A stretch of 64,000 nt of DNA from NCBI RefSeq assembly GCF_001194135.2, contig NC_068993.1, positions 5,660,225 to 5,724,224 on the forward strand. The letters are read 5' to 3'. This document shows positions 25,790 through 37,720 of this stretch, in pieces (the first letter of the stretch is position 1; each line of letters starts with the position of its first letter). A program made the position numbers and the translations under genes. Source of the stretch: Octopus bimaculoides. Taxonomy: Eukaryota. The notes beneath the pieces were generated by a model. The model worked only from the letters and a program-made list of their open reading frames with translations. It was not told where the DNA came from and searched no databases.

Positions 25790-26510
25790 ACCTTGTAAAT
25801 ATGGATTAATAAGTTGAATTGAATGCTCGTGTAATATTGTTTGGGGGGATGAAAAAGGGGCCAAAGGCCACAAGTCCTATTTTGTTCAATTAAGGATTAT
25901 GATATTCCAACAGTGAGTCAGAGACGACCGAAGAAGTAGACAGAGGGTTCGTATCATCTCTCAACTGACTTTGGACTTATAATGTAGTTTTTGTCTTTCC
26001 AATTTCATTTACGAGGTTTGGACCGACCCAAGGATAAGCTATGGTAAAAATATCTGCACAAAATGCCGTAGAGTAGGATCGAACCCAGGGCATCATGGTC
26101 GTGAAGCGAATTTCTTATCCCTCCCCCAATGGATACATCACACAAACATGCCACGCGCGTGCGCACATATTTCTATTACTATTTCTGCCTGCATGCTTAT
26201 ATTTTTGCGCGCGTGCGTATTTGCCTCCATTATCAAAATGTGCTGTCACCAAAACAGACCGAATGTCCACTCAGCCTTGCCATATCGTCTCATTTTGGGA
26301 GTTGAAAGCAATGTCTATTTCAGCAGGATTTGAACTCGGAATGTAAAGAACTGAAATAAACACCTCAAAGTAGTTTGTTCGACACTCTAACGACTCTGCC
26401 AATCCAATTTTTGTCTTAAAAAATGCTCAAAGCCGGGAATTTTGTTGTGTGGAGGAATAATGGAATGATCGATCGCAGTAGTTGAACGAACAAGAAGAAA
26501 AGAAATCATC

Positions 26511-26880
26511 GGCTGTGTAGTTAAGGAGCTCGCTTAGCAACCACGTAGTTTGGGTTCAGTCCCACTACGCGGTATCTTAGGCAAGTGTCTTTTAATATAA
26601 TCTCAGTGCAACCAATGTCTTATGAGTAAATTTGCTAGGCGGAAACTGAGTGGAAGCCGGTCATTTATATATGTGGCTATGTCTACGTGTTTGTGCCCCC
26701 CGCGTCGTAAACCAACCGGTGTTGGTTTGCTTATGTCGTGTAACATAGGAGATCGGCAAAAAAGGACCGATATAGTAAATACCACCGGTCATAAAAAAAT
26801 AATAATTGGGTCGATTTGTTCGACTTAACTTTTCAAGATTGTGCCCCAGCATGGCCGCTGTCCAACGTCTGAAACGAAAG
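26511..26880 (+). mobile_element. SINE family B, near full length
   Basis: GGCTGTGTAGTTAAGGAGCTCGC...GGGTTCAGTCCCACTACG...ATCGGCAAAAAGGACCGATA...GTGCCCCAGCATGGCCGC...CTGAAAC. Confidence 0.8.
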
Positions 26881-27436
26881 ATTGAGAGAAGCCATCCATT
26901 GTTTCAGTGATGGCTTGTGGGGTGGGGGCGGGGGGCAATGTAGGAGTATATGGAGAGTAAATTGTCGGTCTGATCATCTGCAGACAACCTTTGCTCCGAG
27001 GTATACTCCATCAAAACGCCGTAACTTACTCTCTCTTCAAAGCTTCCTCAGGTCAACAAGTCAAACTTAGAAGATATCAGATAACAAGATATTAAATTCT
27101 GAACAACCGAAAGAATACAACAACAAGAACCAAGAGAAAAAATAAAAACACCAAAACTAACAGAACGACAATTCAACGTTGTACTAAGTGTCACTTCGCG
27201 AGATTATCATTATTTTATTATCATCATTATTATTATTTGTGATATAATTACATTCAATACGTATTAAATACCCTCGAATCAATCTTGCAGCCATCATCAC
27301 ATCGTCAACAATATGGTTCCTGTGGTTAAAATGACGGGCTATTAATATATAATGGCTCCAGTTGTCCGCCATTCAGCTTTCAACTTTGAATATATTTCAA
27401 ACGTTGGTCGAGTAGACACATATTTGTTTCTTTCTT

Positions 27437-27486
<50 letters not shown>

Positions 27487-27926
27487 TACCTTATCATGTA
27501 ATTCGATACTGTTATGTCACCAGTAAATTAACTAAAATTAGCGCGAATATACGTACATACATATATACACACACAAACATATACATACATATACACACAT
27601 GCTGTATTTCACGGTTTTAAGGTGGACTACATTTTTTTTCTTAAACTATGTCCCAGAAAAATCAGTCTGCAACTAATATAACACAGGGCTTACGTTACTG
27701 GCAAGTGGGGCTTTAAGGAAGGGACTTCCAAAACTGAAGTGCCTCTTAAAAACCTCTGCCCCTTACAAGCCGTCAAATTTATCATATACATTCATATTTC
27801 TTTCCCCACCATACAGTAACATACATACACGCGCATACACAAACACGCTTACACACACACATATTATATAAATGTGTGTGTGTGTGTATACACTTATATA
27901 CGCACACGTGTGTATGTGTAAATATG

Positions 27927-28001
<75 letters not shown>

Positions 28002-28295
28002 TGATTTTAATCTACACACGTAAAAGAAAGAAATTATTTTGACTTGAGACAATTGTTTGAGACCTTTCTGTACAAGGGACGCACTAGTTGGAAAGCACTG
28101 GGTTATATTCTGAATCTAAGTCCCACCGAGTTTTTCTCTTCTCTTCCTTTGTAATTAATACTGGGTGGGTAACACAGGTGTCAATCAAATGCAAGGGTCG
28201 ATTCAGTTTAATATATCCACCCGTATAAAAATATTTCATCTTGTCATAGCTAAAAAATGATTATTATTTCTTTTGAAAAGTGTGCATTCTGACAA

Positions 28296-28850
28296 TCAAA
28301 GAAGAAAAAGAAGGTCAACACGATTTTTTAAAAAATACACTTTGAAATGACAGAAAGTTAAGAAATAAAGAGAAAAATCTTTGAAAAAAAAATGAGAATG
28401 AAAAACAATGACTTTTAAGCGAAGAAAGAACAAAGATGAATGTGAATAAATATATTGAAAGAAAATGGTAAGAAAAGGAGAAAAGAAAGACAACGATAAC
28501 GAAGATGAAAGAGAAGAAAGAGAAGACGACTAGGAAGAAGAATGCAACAACGATAACGAAGAAAAGAAGAAAAGTAGAAAGAGAAGAACGATAATGAAGA
28601 TGAAGGAAGAAGAGAAAAAGACGGGAAAGAAGGGAAAGAGGACAATGAGACAAAGAAAAAAAAAGAGGAATGAAAGGGGAATAAAAGTAGAAAGAAAAAA
28701 GAAGAGAAGGAAGGAGGAGGGAAAGAAAAGAAGAAAAGAGAATAGGACAGAAGGTAAAAGACTACGAGAGACAAAAGTGAAGGAAGATGAGAAAGAGGGA
28801 GAGAGAGAGAGTAGGAAAGCGAGAGAGAGAGAGAGAGAAGTAGAGATGTG
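28296..28850. repeat. Long purine-rich (GAA/GA) low-complexity tract
   Basis: Direct reading. It produces the K/E/R-rich and F/S/L-rich ORFs in the track. Confidence 0.9.
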
Positions 28851-29440
28851 TGTGGCTTCAAATGACACGTAACAACGTAACAAGTCTCTTCAGTGGGACT
28901 CGTCCTTGATGTGGAAGTCTTCTGAAATGATCATTGTTGGCCACGCCCTCCAATAAACACTACCGACATCTAGAGGTAGTATTAGATTACAATTAGTTAC
29001 GGAATGACGCCCAGCCTTTTCACACAAGTATTTCATTTTCTCTATCGTTTGCACNNNNNNNNNNNNNNNNNNNNNNNNNNNNNNNNNNNNNNNNNNNNNN
29101 NNNNNNNNNNNNNNNNNNNNNNNNNNNNNNNNNNNNNNNNNNNNNNNNNNNNNNNNNNNNNNNNNNNNNNNNNNNNNNNNNNNNNNNNNNNNNNNNNNNN
29201 NNNNNNNNNNNNNNNNNNNNNNNNNNNNNNNNNNNNNNNNNNNNNNNNNNNNNNNNNNNNNNNNNNNNNNNNNNNNNNNNNNNNNNNNNNNNNNNNNNNN
29301 NNNNNNNNNNNNNNNNNNNNNNNNNNNNNNNNNNNNNNNNNNNNNNNNNNNNNNNNNNNNNNNNNNNNNNNNNNNNNNNNNNNNNNNNNNNNNNNNNNNN
29401 NNNNNNNNNNNNNNNNNNNNNNNNNNNNNNNNNNNNNNNN

Positions 29441-29482
<42 letters not shown>

Positions 29483-30139
29483 CATACATACATATATATA
29501 TATCGAGACAAAATGTGGACAAACACTTACATATGGAGTTATATCATCTTTAAAAGCTGTTACATAAACTTAAACAAGGGTATCTGACAAAGAAAAAAAT
29601 ATAGTATTGATAGGTCTTTACAGCTGTTTCAAAAATTCAGCGATTAGTTGATGTAATAGTGTGTATTACGCAAACGAGTGTACATACTGACGTAATGACT
29701 CACATCAAACAACTAGAAATTATTATTAACACATAAACACTATACGGTAATATGTTCAAAGTGGAAGTGCTGAAACGCCGAATTTTCTCATCAAAAAGGA
29801 TGATCAAATAATATATATATATATATATATATATGGAGGAAAGGAAACGGTAGAGCACCGAACTAAATATCTAAAAGAAATTCAGTTTGCATATTTAACC
29901 AATCAATTAGATTCAAAATGCAGGAAGACTAGCAAGAAAAATATTTTTCAAAGTCTATCGTGTTTCACACCGAAACCTACGGCCTGTCATTACTGACACT
30001 TGTTTCCAAGTTTCACATTACTTCTGTAGTGGGCCCTAGTGGGTCTGTAAAGTGCGGGGTGGGGGCCGATGTCGGTGGCTGTTACAAGAAGTATAATGCA
30101 ACGCGATGGCATTTTTCAAAAACTTGACCAACATTTTGT

Positions 30140-30365
30140 TGTTGTTTAGTCCCGGGTGAGCTATAATTGTGCAAACCTATAATGAAAAGAATTCCAGCCG
30201 TGGCCATCACGTTTTTTCACTATGCCCAACACATCTAAAACTACATGATTCAAAGTGCCTTTATTTTCTGAAACGATGGGATGTGAGTTGAAGGAGATTG
30301 AGCTAGTATTTCTTACAAGTTGAACGACCACATAGAGACCCCTCGCTAACCTGTCAACCTCATTG
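30140..30365. mobile_element. Interspersed repeat family D copy
   Basis: TTGTTTAGTCCCGGG...AATTCCAGCCGTGGCCATC...AACTACATGATTCAAAGTG...GAAGGAGATTGAGCTAGTATTTCTTACAAGTTGAACGACCACATAGAG. Confidence 0.7.
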
Positions 30366-31351
30366 ACCAGATATTGTTGTTGACCCAAATTGTTCGTTTC
30401 CTCGATGACACTCTCGCTGATTCAATTCCCTCATTCATCTCGTTGACTAGTACTTTATTTTATCGACCCCGGAAGGGTGTTGATCTCAACGTAATGAGTC
30501 AAAGAAACACCGTGAGGCACTGAAACGATTTTGCCAGCTTGTCACCTTCACTTGCGTAAATAATAGCATTTAGATTTTTCTCTTGTTTGTTGCAACCCCA
30601 AACTTTAATAATCTCACGTGCCTTTGTTGTCATAGAAACAAAAAACAAAACTCTAAAACCAAATATATAAAGTAAAATTATTTCTAGCATTGCTACAAAC
30701 AAGCGGTGTAATGCAACGAAAACGGTAAGATAAAGTTTCAAAATGGCTGCCAACAAATGTAAAATACTGTCATTGCCGATTTGCTGAGCAATTCATTGTC
30801 TCCCTTCTCTCTCTCTCTCTCTGCCTTTCTGTATCTCCCTCTCTCCATCTTTCGTGCACGCGTTGTCGTATGTTATCATGCTGTATGTATAGAGATAACA
30901 ACGTAAATGTTGACAAGCCTTGAGATACAATAACATACACACACACATATATAAAGGTAGGGGTGTATGAGATTGAAACCCAGCTGCTAGTTTGAAATGG
31001 CAGCATTTTTGACAAAAGGCTCCCTATTATGAGAGGTGAAACAACGGGATCGTTTACGAAAGGAATTTCTAAATTTATGACTTGACAGGAGATAACAACT
31101 GTGTTGATATCATATATGTAATTTCAATTAAGTCCCACAGTATTCCTATACAATAAAACAAGAGTGTCCGCCATTCTAACACACACACTCACATCTTAAC
31201 AAATAATTTCTAATTCAAGCCCTACACATGTAAACTAATGTTCAAAGATATTCATCATTCCATCTCACACAGATACATCTAACATTCACCTAACGTTATA
31301 AGAATTTACCCAATCTACAGTCGTGAACAGCCCAGCCTGGAACGAAATTTA

Positions 31352-31501
31352 GCGTGTGTGGTAAGAAGTTTGCTTTCTAACCATATAAGTCCGGGTTCAG
31401 TCCCACTGCGTGTCACCTTAGGCAAGGGTCTTCTACTGTAGTCTCGAGTCGACCAATGTCTTGTGAGCAGATTTGGTAGACGGAAACTGAAAGCACCCGT
31501 C

Positions 31502-31561
<60 letters not shown>

Positions 31562-31790
31562 ATATATATATATATATATATACATAGATATATGTGTGTG
31601 TGTGTTTGTTCCCCACCACCGCTTGACAACCGGTGCTGGTGTGTCTACGTGCTCGTAACTTCCCGAGAGAGATCGATAGAATAAGTACCAGGCTTAAAAA
31701 AAAAACAAAAAAACTACTGGTGATGATGGGGGCGGGGTTGATTCATTCAACTGAAATTCTTCAAGGCATTTGACTAATGACTGACAAAAA
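31352..31790 (+). mobile_element. SINE family B with internal (TA)n expansion
   Basis: GTGGTAAGAAGTTTGC...GGGTTCAGTCCCACTGCG...GGTAGACGGAAACTGAAAG-(TA)n-...CGCTTGACAACCGGTGCTGG...GATAGAATAAGTACCAGG. Confidence 0.85.
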
Positions 31791-32291
31791 TACATACATA
31801 CATATATATATGTGTGTGTGCCACAAGAAAATAGCATGGTCATCACAAGAACGACTCTGATTAAAGATTTACTTAATCGGGATTGTCTCAGATGTTAAAC
31901 ACCACGACTACCTCGACGACGACGACCACCACCAACGCTAAACTTGATGTAAAGTTATACAGGGAAGTACCTAATACAGATCAATTAAAATGGCGTCCAT
32001 TATTATAAGTCCCCGTGTATATGTTGAAAGTATTAACAAATGTAACATGAAGCTTTCTGAAGTCCCCGAGATCAGTTTAACCTCGGCTTTCACGTCATGT
32101 CTGTTATATTGACTGAGCTGTCGCCATTCAGTCACAGCTGACTGCACACACATAAATAATTACTAGAAACGCCATGGACAAAATACTGAATAAAACGAGA
32201 GGAAATAAAAAAAAAAAAACAAGCAAATAAATTAACTAATCGAAGCAGAATTAGGAAAAGCGACCACCCACCCACATATACATACCGCCCT

Positions 32292-32425
<134 letters not shown>

Positions 32426-33297
32426 AATAGTAATAACAAACATGATTATAAACATGACGGCTGTCCCAGAATCCGGAAAGACCAAATGAGTCAGAAGTGG
32501 TAGTAAAAGTTGTCGTTGTTGTTGATGATGATGGTAGTGATGAGGTGGACGTAAAGGAAATTGATGATGGTAAAAGATAAGTGAAAATAAAAGGTAATAA
32601 AATAACGAAAAATAAAGGACAAAAATACAAAAAAAAACAAAACAAAGACGGTACATAAAACAATGATGTGTGATGGGATCATAAATAATAATAAATAAAT
32701 AAATAAATAAATAAACAGATAAGCTATTATCAAAAGAGGGAACAGGAGGTATTCGATCGCTTGTTTGCTGTTAACTGGTTGCACTTTGCAACGTTGAGAA
32801 AGTAGTAGAGTGTAACTGAAGAATAACGATAAATATATAAATAAATAAATAAATATATAATCCCTCCTCCCTTTAGTTGTTAAGGTTACGAGATGACTAT
32901 CTTGATGTCGATATATACAGCTTTTCTAATGTCATTTCAATGAAAAAATAATTGTTATCTTTCGTGAATTTTATTTTGACTTTTAAAAACTATTTGAGAG
33001 AGAAATTAAATTGGCCGGTGATATTAAAACAAGAAATTTTTTTATTCTTGGCGAATGGTTTCAAAAATGAGGAAACTGACTCTCATTTCATGTTCCGTGG
33101 ATTTGATCAATAACAAAATTGCTATTCAGAGACATCCTATTACAAACTAACATGAAAAATGCTTTACAACCGAAACGTATGCAATAGTTAAAAGAGTTCC
33201 AAAATTGTTAATTATTGTCACCACTCGACATTAAATTTCTGAATAGGTTAAACACTATCCCTTAGTGGGTTGAATCCCCAACCCCTAACTCTCTCGG

Positions 33298-33336
<39 letters not shown>

Positions 33337-33589
33337 TCATATATGACGCCTGTTGAGCAAGAAACACTTGTTCCTAGCCTATCCTATCATCTTCTGACTA
33401 ACCCCAACTTTTCCTTAATGGTATGCTAATTTAGACTATTGATTGGGAATTTAGTGAGATCCCCCTCCCTCCTCATCTGATATCGGTTGCTCTTGCAGTT
33501 AAGCATTCGGATACCCTCTTTGGAAGCAAAGAGGCTTTCAGTAAATCAAGAATTTATTTTGCTTTCCTTTCTTTGCATACCTTTGTTAT

Positions 33590-33910
33590 CCAAATTCATG
33601 CTTCTGGTTGTTCTGAGATATTTCATACGCCAACATCACATCATCTTGAAGATGAGGCTGTGAAAGTCTATAAAGTCCAGAGTAAGGAAGCAAAGGCCTA
33701 CAACTTTTCCATCCCATACCAAAAGGTCTCAGAGAACAAATTTTTATTTCGTATACCTGATGGACCCACATCACAAGAAAGGCAAAAAAATGTGAAGCTC
33801 TGCCCAACTCATTGCTTCGCAGGATCAATTCTGGAGGAAGGAACAGGAATGAGTCTAAACTGAACGGTGCCTCAGCACGGCCTCAACCTCTGGCTGAAAC
33901 CAATAAAAGA
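33590..33910 (+). mobile_element. Degenerate RTE-clade LINE RT C-terminal fragment with 3' tail
   Basis: Switching frames gives KSIKSRVRKQR..QLF.H...ISY..W(T)PHH.K...DQ(F/L)LEEGTGM, like the RTE-type KI.QRR.RLAGH...LW.P..G.R..G....YID.L.EDTG. It is followed by CGGTGCCTCAGCACGGCC...GCTGAAACCAATAAAAGA. Confidence 0.5.
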
Positions 33911-34080
33911 ACACAAGAATAAACGTTGATGATATAGTTAGGAACTTTCCTGCTCAAAGTGGAAGAAACTCATGCAAAAATATGGGAAAAGAAAATTAGC
34001 TTGATGCAAAAGGTTAAATTAGAATCTAGTTGTATTTCATCATGTATGTATGTATGTATGTATGTATGCACCTACACATA

Positions 34081-34306
34081 TGAGGGAGTGCTGAAAAATT
34101 CCTGGCTTTAAGGGTGTCGCGAAAGGCCTGGTTTGACCCAAACTTCCGAGTTCTTTTACAGGACTGAAGAACTGCTGCAGGACTGAAAGACTGCCGCAAT
34201 AAGTGAGTAAATATGAGAGGGGAATACGTTGAATGAAATCATAATTAACTGATCCTCGCATATTTTCTTTTACCCAAAGTCAGGAACTTTTCAGCATCAT
34301 ACATCG
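34081..34306. mobile_element. Complete mariner-derived MITE with TA TSD
   Basis: Left end TA-TGAGGGAGTGCTGAAAAATTCCTGGCTTT; right end AAAGTCAGGAACTTTTCAGCATCATACATCG-TA. The interior resembles a mariner C-terminus (..KCIE..GEYVE-like). Confidence 0.75.
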
Positions 34307-34791
34307 TATATATATATACCTGTATAATCATAGACGCATCTATGTGTCAAAACGAACGCACACACAAATACACATACACATATATGTAAATATGCAGTTA
34401 CGCACACACACGCACATATATAAACTCACAGACACATCCATGTCGATACTCACACAAATGCATACTGATTGATATAGAAATACAAATGTAAGTTACACAA
34501 ATGACTAAAAATATCACACGCACATTCGATAAATACTCAGATAAATACTCACACAGACACCCAGAAGTAAAGGATACAGATCGTTGTTTATAGACACACA
34601 CAGATTAAATAAATAGGTACATCTACACAGAACTAACTACACACCCATATCTATCTATCTATCTATCTATCTATCTGTCTATCCACCCACAAACAAACAT
34701 CTACACATTCACACAGACACGTAAATACACGCATGCATCATACAGACATACAACACACACATACAAATTAAAGACACACAAACTAATCTAA

Positions 34792-34828
<37 letters not shown>

Positions 34829-35139
34829 TCACACATTCACACAGGCAGGCAGGCAGACAGGCACATGTGCGCAAACAATCGAAACGAAACAGGTTCCACT
34901 CAGAATCGAAACCAGGTCGCAGAATCAACCTGCCTGTTCTAATGCAGCAAACATCGTCACTGATTCAACGGACTAAGCGTTGTGTCACCTTGTAGTAAAG
35001 AGAAGACAAAGTGATTTTGTGACAATAATGCCTTACCCCAACAGTTCGGCGGATCATGTGCATAAAGAAGGATTTAAAAAAGGCGCACTTTCTCTTTTTT
35101 TAACATTAATTTAGAATGACTTATAAAAGCAACAGGTGT

Positions 35140-35370
35140 TCAACACAAACATATCGCTTTTTATTTGATTATGAATGGGCTGCGGCCATGCTGGTGCACC
35201 GCCTTGAGGGGTTTGATCGAAGAAATCGATCGCAGTACTTATTCTTTAAGTCTGGTACCTATTCTATCGGTTCTCTTTTGCCGAACGGCTATGTTATGGG
35301 AACGTAAATAAACCAACGCCGGCTGTCAATGAGTGGTGGGGGGATAACCACCCACGCACATACACACGTT
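35140..35370 (-). mobile_element. SINE family B, 3' half
   Basis: CTGCGGCCATGCTGGTGCACCGCC...TATTCTATCGGTTCTCTTTTGCCGAAC is the reverse of the family B tail and body. Confidence 0.8.
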
Positions 35371-35741
35371 TGTACAGATGCATAGATATGTACACACACA
35401 CAGACGTGTATATATATATATATATATATATATACATACGCAAACACATACACCCAGACGCATGTGCACACATGGAGGCACACGCACAGACACACTAATG
35501 ATATATATATATACATGCATATATGTATACATATATATACATATATATATATATATGCACACACACATGCATACATATATGTGAATATAGATACGTACGT
35601 GCACATATATACGCACACATACATAGATTGCTAATAATAATGTTATTTAAATGTTTTATGACTAAAGAACACACGTACACACACATATATACACACACAC
35701 ATATACATGTTGTAGATCCAACAACTTGAAGCACATCACCA

Positions 35742-35783
<42 letters not shown>

Positions 35784-35818
35784 CTACAGTGTCATCAACG
35801 TAAATGTGTGTGTTTGTG

Positions 35819-36192
35819 TCCTATCTTTTTACTTGTTTTGATCACTGGACTGCGGCCATGCTGGAGTACGGCCTTGAAGGATTTCAGTCGAACAGATCGA
35901 TGCCAATACTTATGTTGATTCTTTCTTTTAGTTTAAAGTTTGGTACTTATTTTGTCGTCGTTTTTTTTTTGCCGAACCGCTAGTTTACGGGGGACGTGAA
36001 CAAACCAACACTGGTTGTCAAGTGGTAGTGGTGGGGACAAACATAAAGACACAGCCTCCCTCTACCAGATTCTCTCGCAAGACGTTGGTCCACTCAAGGC
36101 GATAGTAAAAAAACAAACAAAGTAAGGTGCTGTGCAATGGGACTGAACCCGAAACCATGTGGTCGCAAGACGAGCTTCTTAACCACACAACC
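35819..36192 (-). mobile_element. SINE family B, near full length
   Basis: TTTTACTTGTTT..CTGCGGCCATGCTGGAG...GCCGAACCGCTAG...GGGACTGAACCCGAAACCATGTGG...CTTCTTAACCAC. Confidence 0.85.
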
Positions 36193-36289
36193 ACATTATA
36201 TAAATATATAGGCTTCAGATTTTAAATTTCTCACTGGTTACCTGTCCAGTCTCCACGTTGCTCACCTGTTCTGTAACCACAGCAATATC

Positions 36290-36468
36290 GGGGGAGAGTA
36301 TAAGTCGATTCATCGACCCCAATGCTCATCTGGGACTTATGTTATCGACCCTGAAAGGGATGTAAGGCAAAGTCGACCTCGGCGAAATTTGAACCCAGAG
36401 CATAAAGCCGGACGAAATACCGCTAAGTATTTTGCCCGGCATGCTAACGTTTCTGCCAGCTCGCCGCT
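36290..36468 (-). mobile_element. SINE family A copy
   Basis: ATCGACCCC...GGCAAAGTCGACCTCGGCGAAATTTGAACCCAG...GCTAACGTTTCTGCCAGCTCGCCGC. Confidence 0.9.
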
Positions 36469-37679
36469 TTATTTTGCATAAATATATAACGTCAAATTTT
36501 TTCTACACGCGTGCTAGACCCAGTAAACTTGAGCAATAGAAATATATAAACTATACACAATACAAAAGTTTTGTCATGTTCGTTTGCAGGTAGTTAGGTG
36601 TCTGTCGTTGCACAGCGAGCGCATAGACGACAGCAGCATTCACAAGAACAGAAATGATAAAATAAACATTAAACAGACAGACAAGTATGCCAGACAGGTA
36701 TACCAGCTAAAATACACGGTGTCCTAAAAGTTACCAAGGAGATTGAAAATTTAATGAAGTTTTAAACAGATTTTAATCTATCAAATAATTATTAAACAGA
36801 AACGCTATTTTTAAAGTTTAATTTCTTGTTGACGTTTCGAATATTCTATAGATATTATTACAGGTATGAAAGATATCTAAGTGAACAGGTAAAAAAAGAG
36901 GAAAGATAATTAGAAGTACTTACCGTGTGTATTGCACCGTATAAAATGCAATAATCCAATAAAATAGAATGTTTTTAGCAAGAGGTAAATCTGTGGGCAT
37001 TGCATCCTTTCGCTCGCTTCAGACCACCAAATCATTATATTACATTATATATAAACTCACATATATACACTCAAACATATATGTACATACACGTACATAT
37101 AGTATATATATTTTTTTGACATTATTTCGTTCCAACAGGTTGTATACATATATATCTGATTTTGCTACATTTTATATATATATATATGAAGAAACTTCCG
37201 TGATTCGCCGAAAAAGCAAAGGTTATATATATATATTTACGTTCAGTAATATACGTACGTTCCGCTGTGTGTTTTAGAGACACAACTTCTTTGAGACTTC
37301 TTTAGTTTGTTGTGTGTATTTGTTTTTTAAATCAATTCGTATTTGTATAATATAATACATATTATTTACACACACACATACGAGGGGGTTTCCTGTTATT
37401 GTTAGCTTTTTTTTTCCAAATAGATTTCCTTGATTACGACCTTAAATAAATTATTTGTAAACGATCCAGCTTGATGGAAAGTAATTTCGCTTTCTTTATA
37501 TGTCCATGTTCAATAAATACGTGAAATAATAATTATTATGACAGTCGTTATTTTTCGTGTACCGTTCAACTTTGTTTAATATCAAATAGTTTCTCTTTGC
37601 GGGTAGCTAAAGTCAAACATTAATTCCTTTTAGCATTCGTGTTTTCCTTCTTTTCTTCCTCTCTCAAACACAGGTTTGC

Positions 37680-37720
<41 letters not shown>

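Noticed and set aside
28296-28850. Long polypurine tract as a functional triplex or K/E-rich exon
   Set aside because: Similar tracts occur at about 360-720 and 9260-9600; it is ordinary low-complexity DNA with no splice signals or mirror symmetry I could verify.
30161-30388. 75-aa complex-looking ORF (MGQQQYLVNEVD...)
   Set aside because: It is the antisense reading of a family D repeat copy.
36826-36866. Minus-strand AATAT-loop-ATATT-CGAAACGTC resembling a hammerhead
   Set aside because: The core reads CTGTAAT rather than CTGANGA, and the flanks do not pair as helix I.
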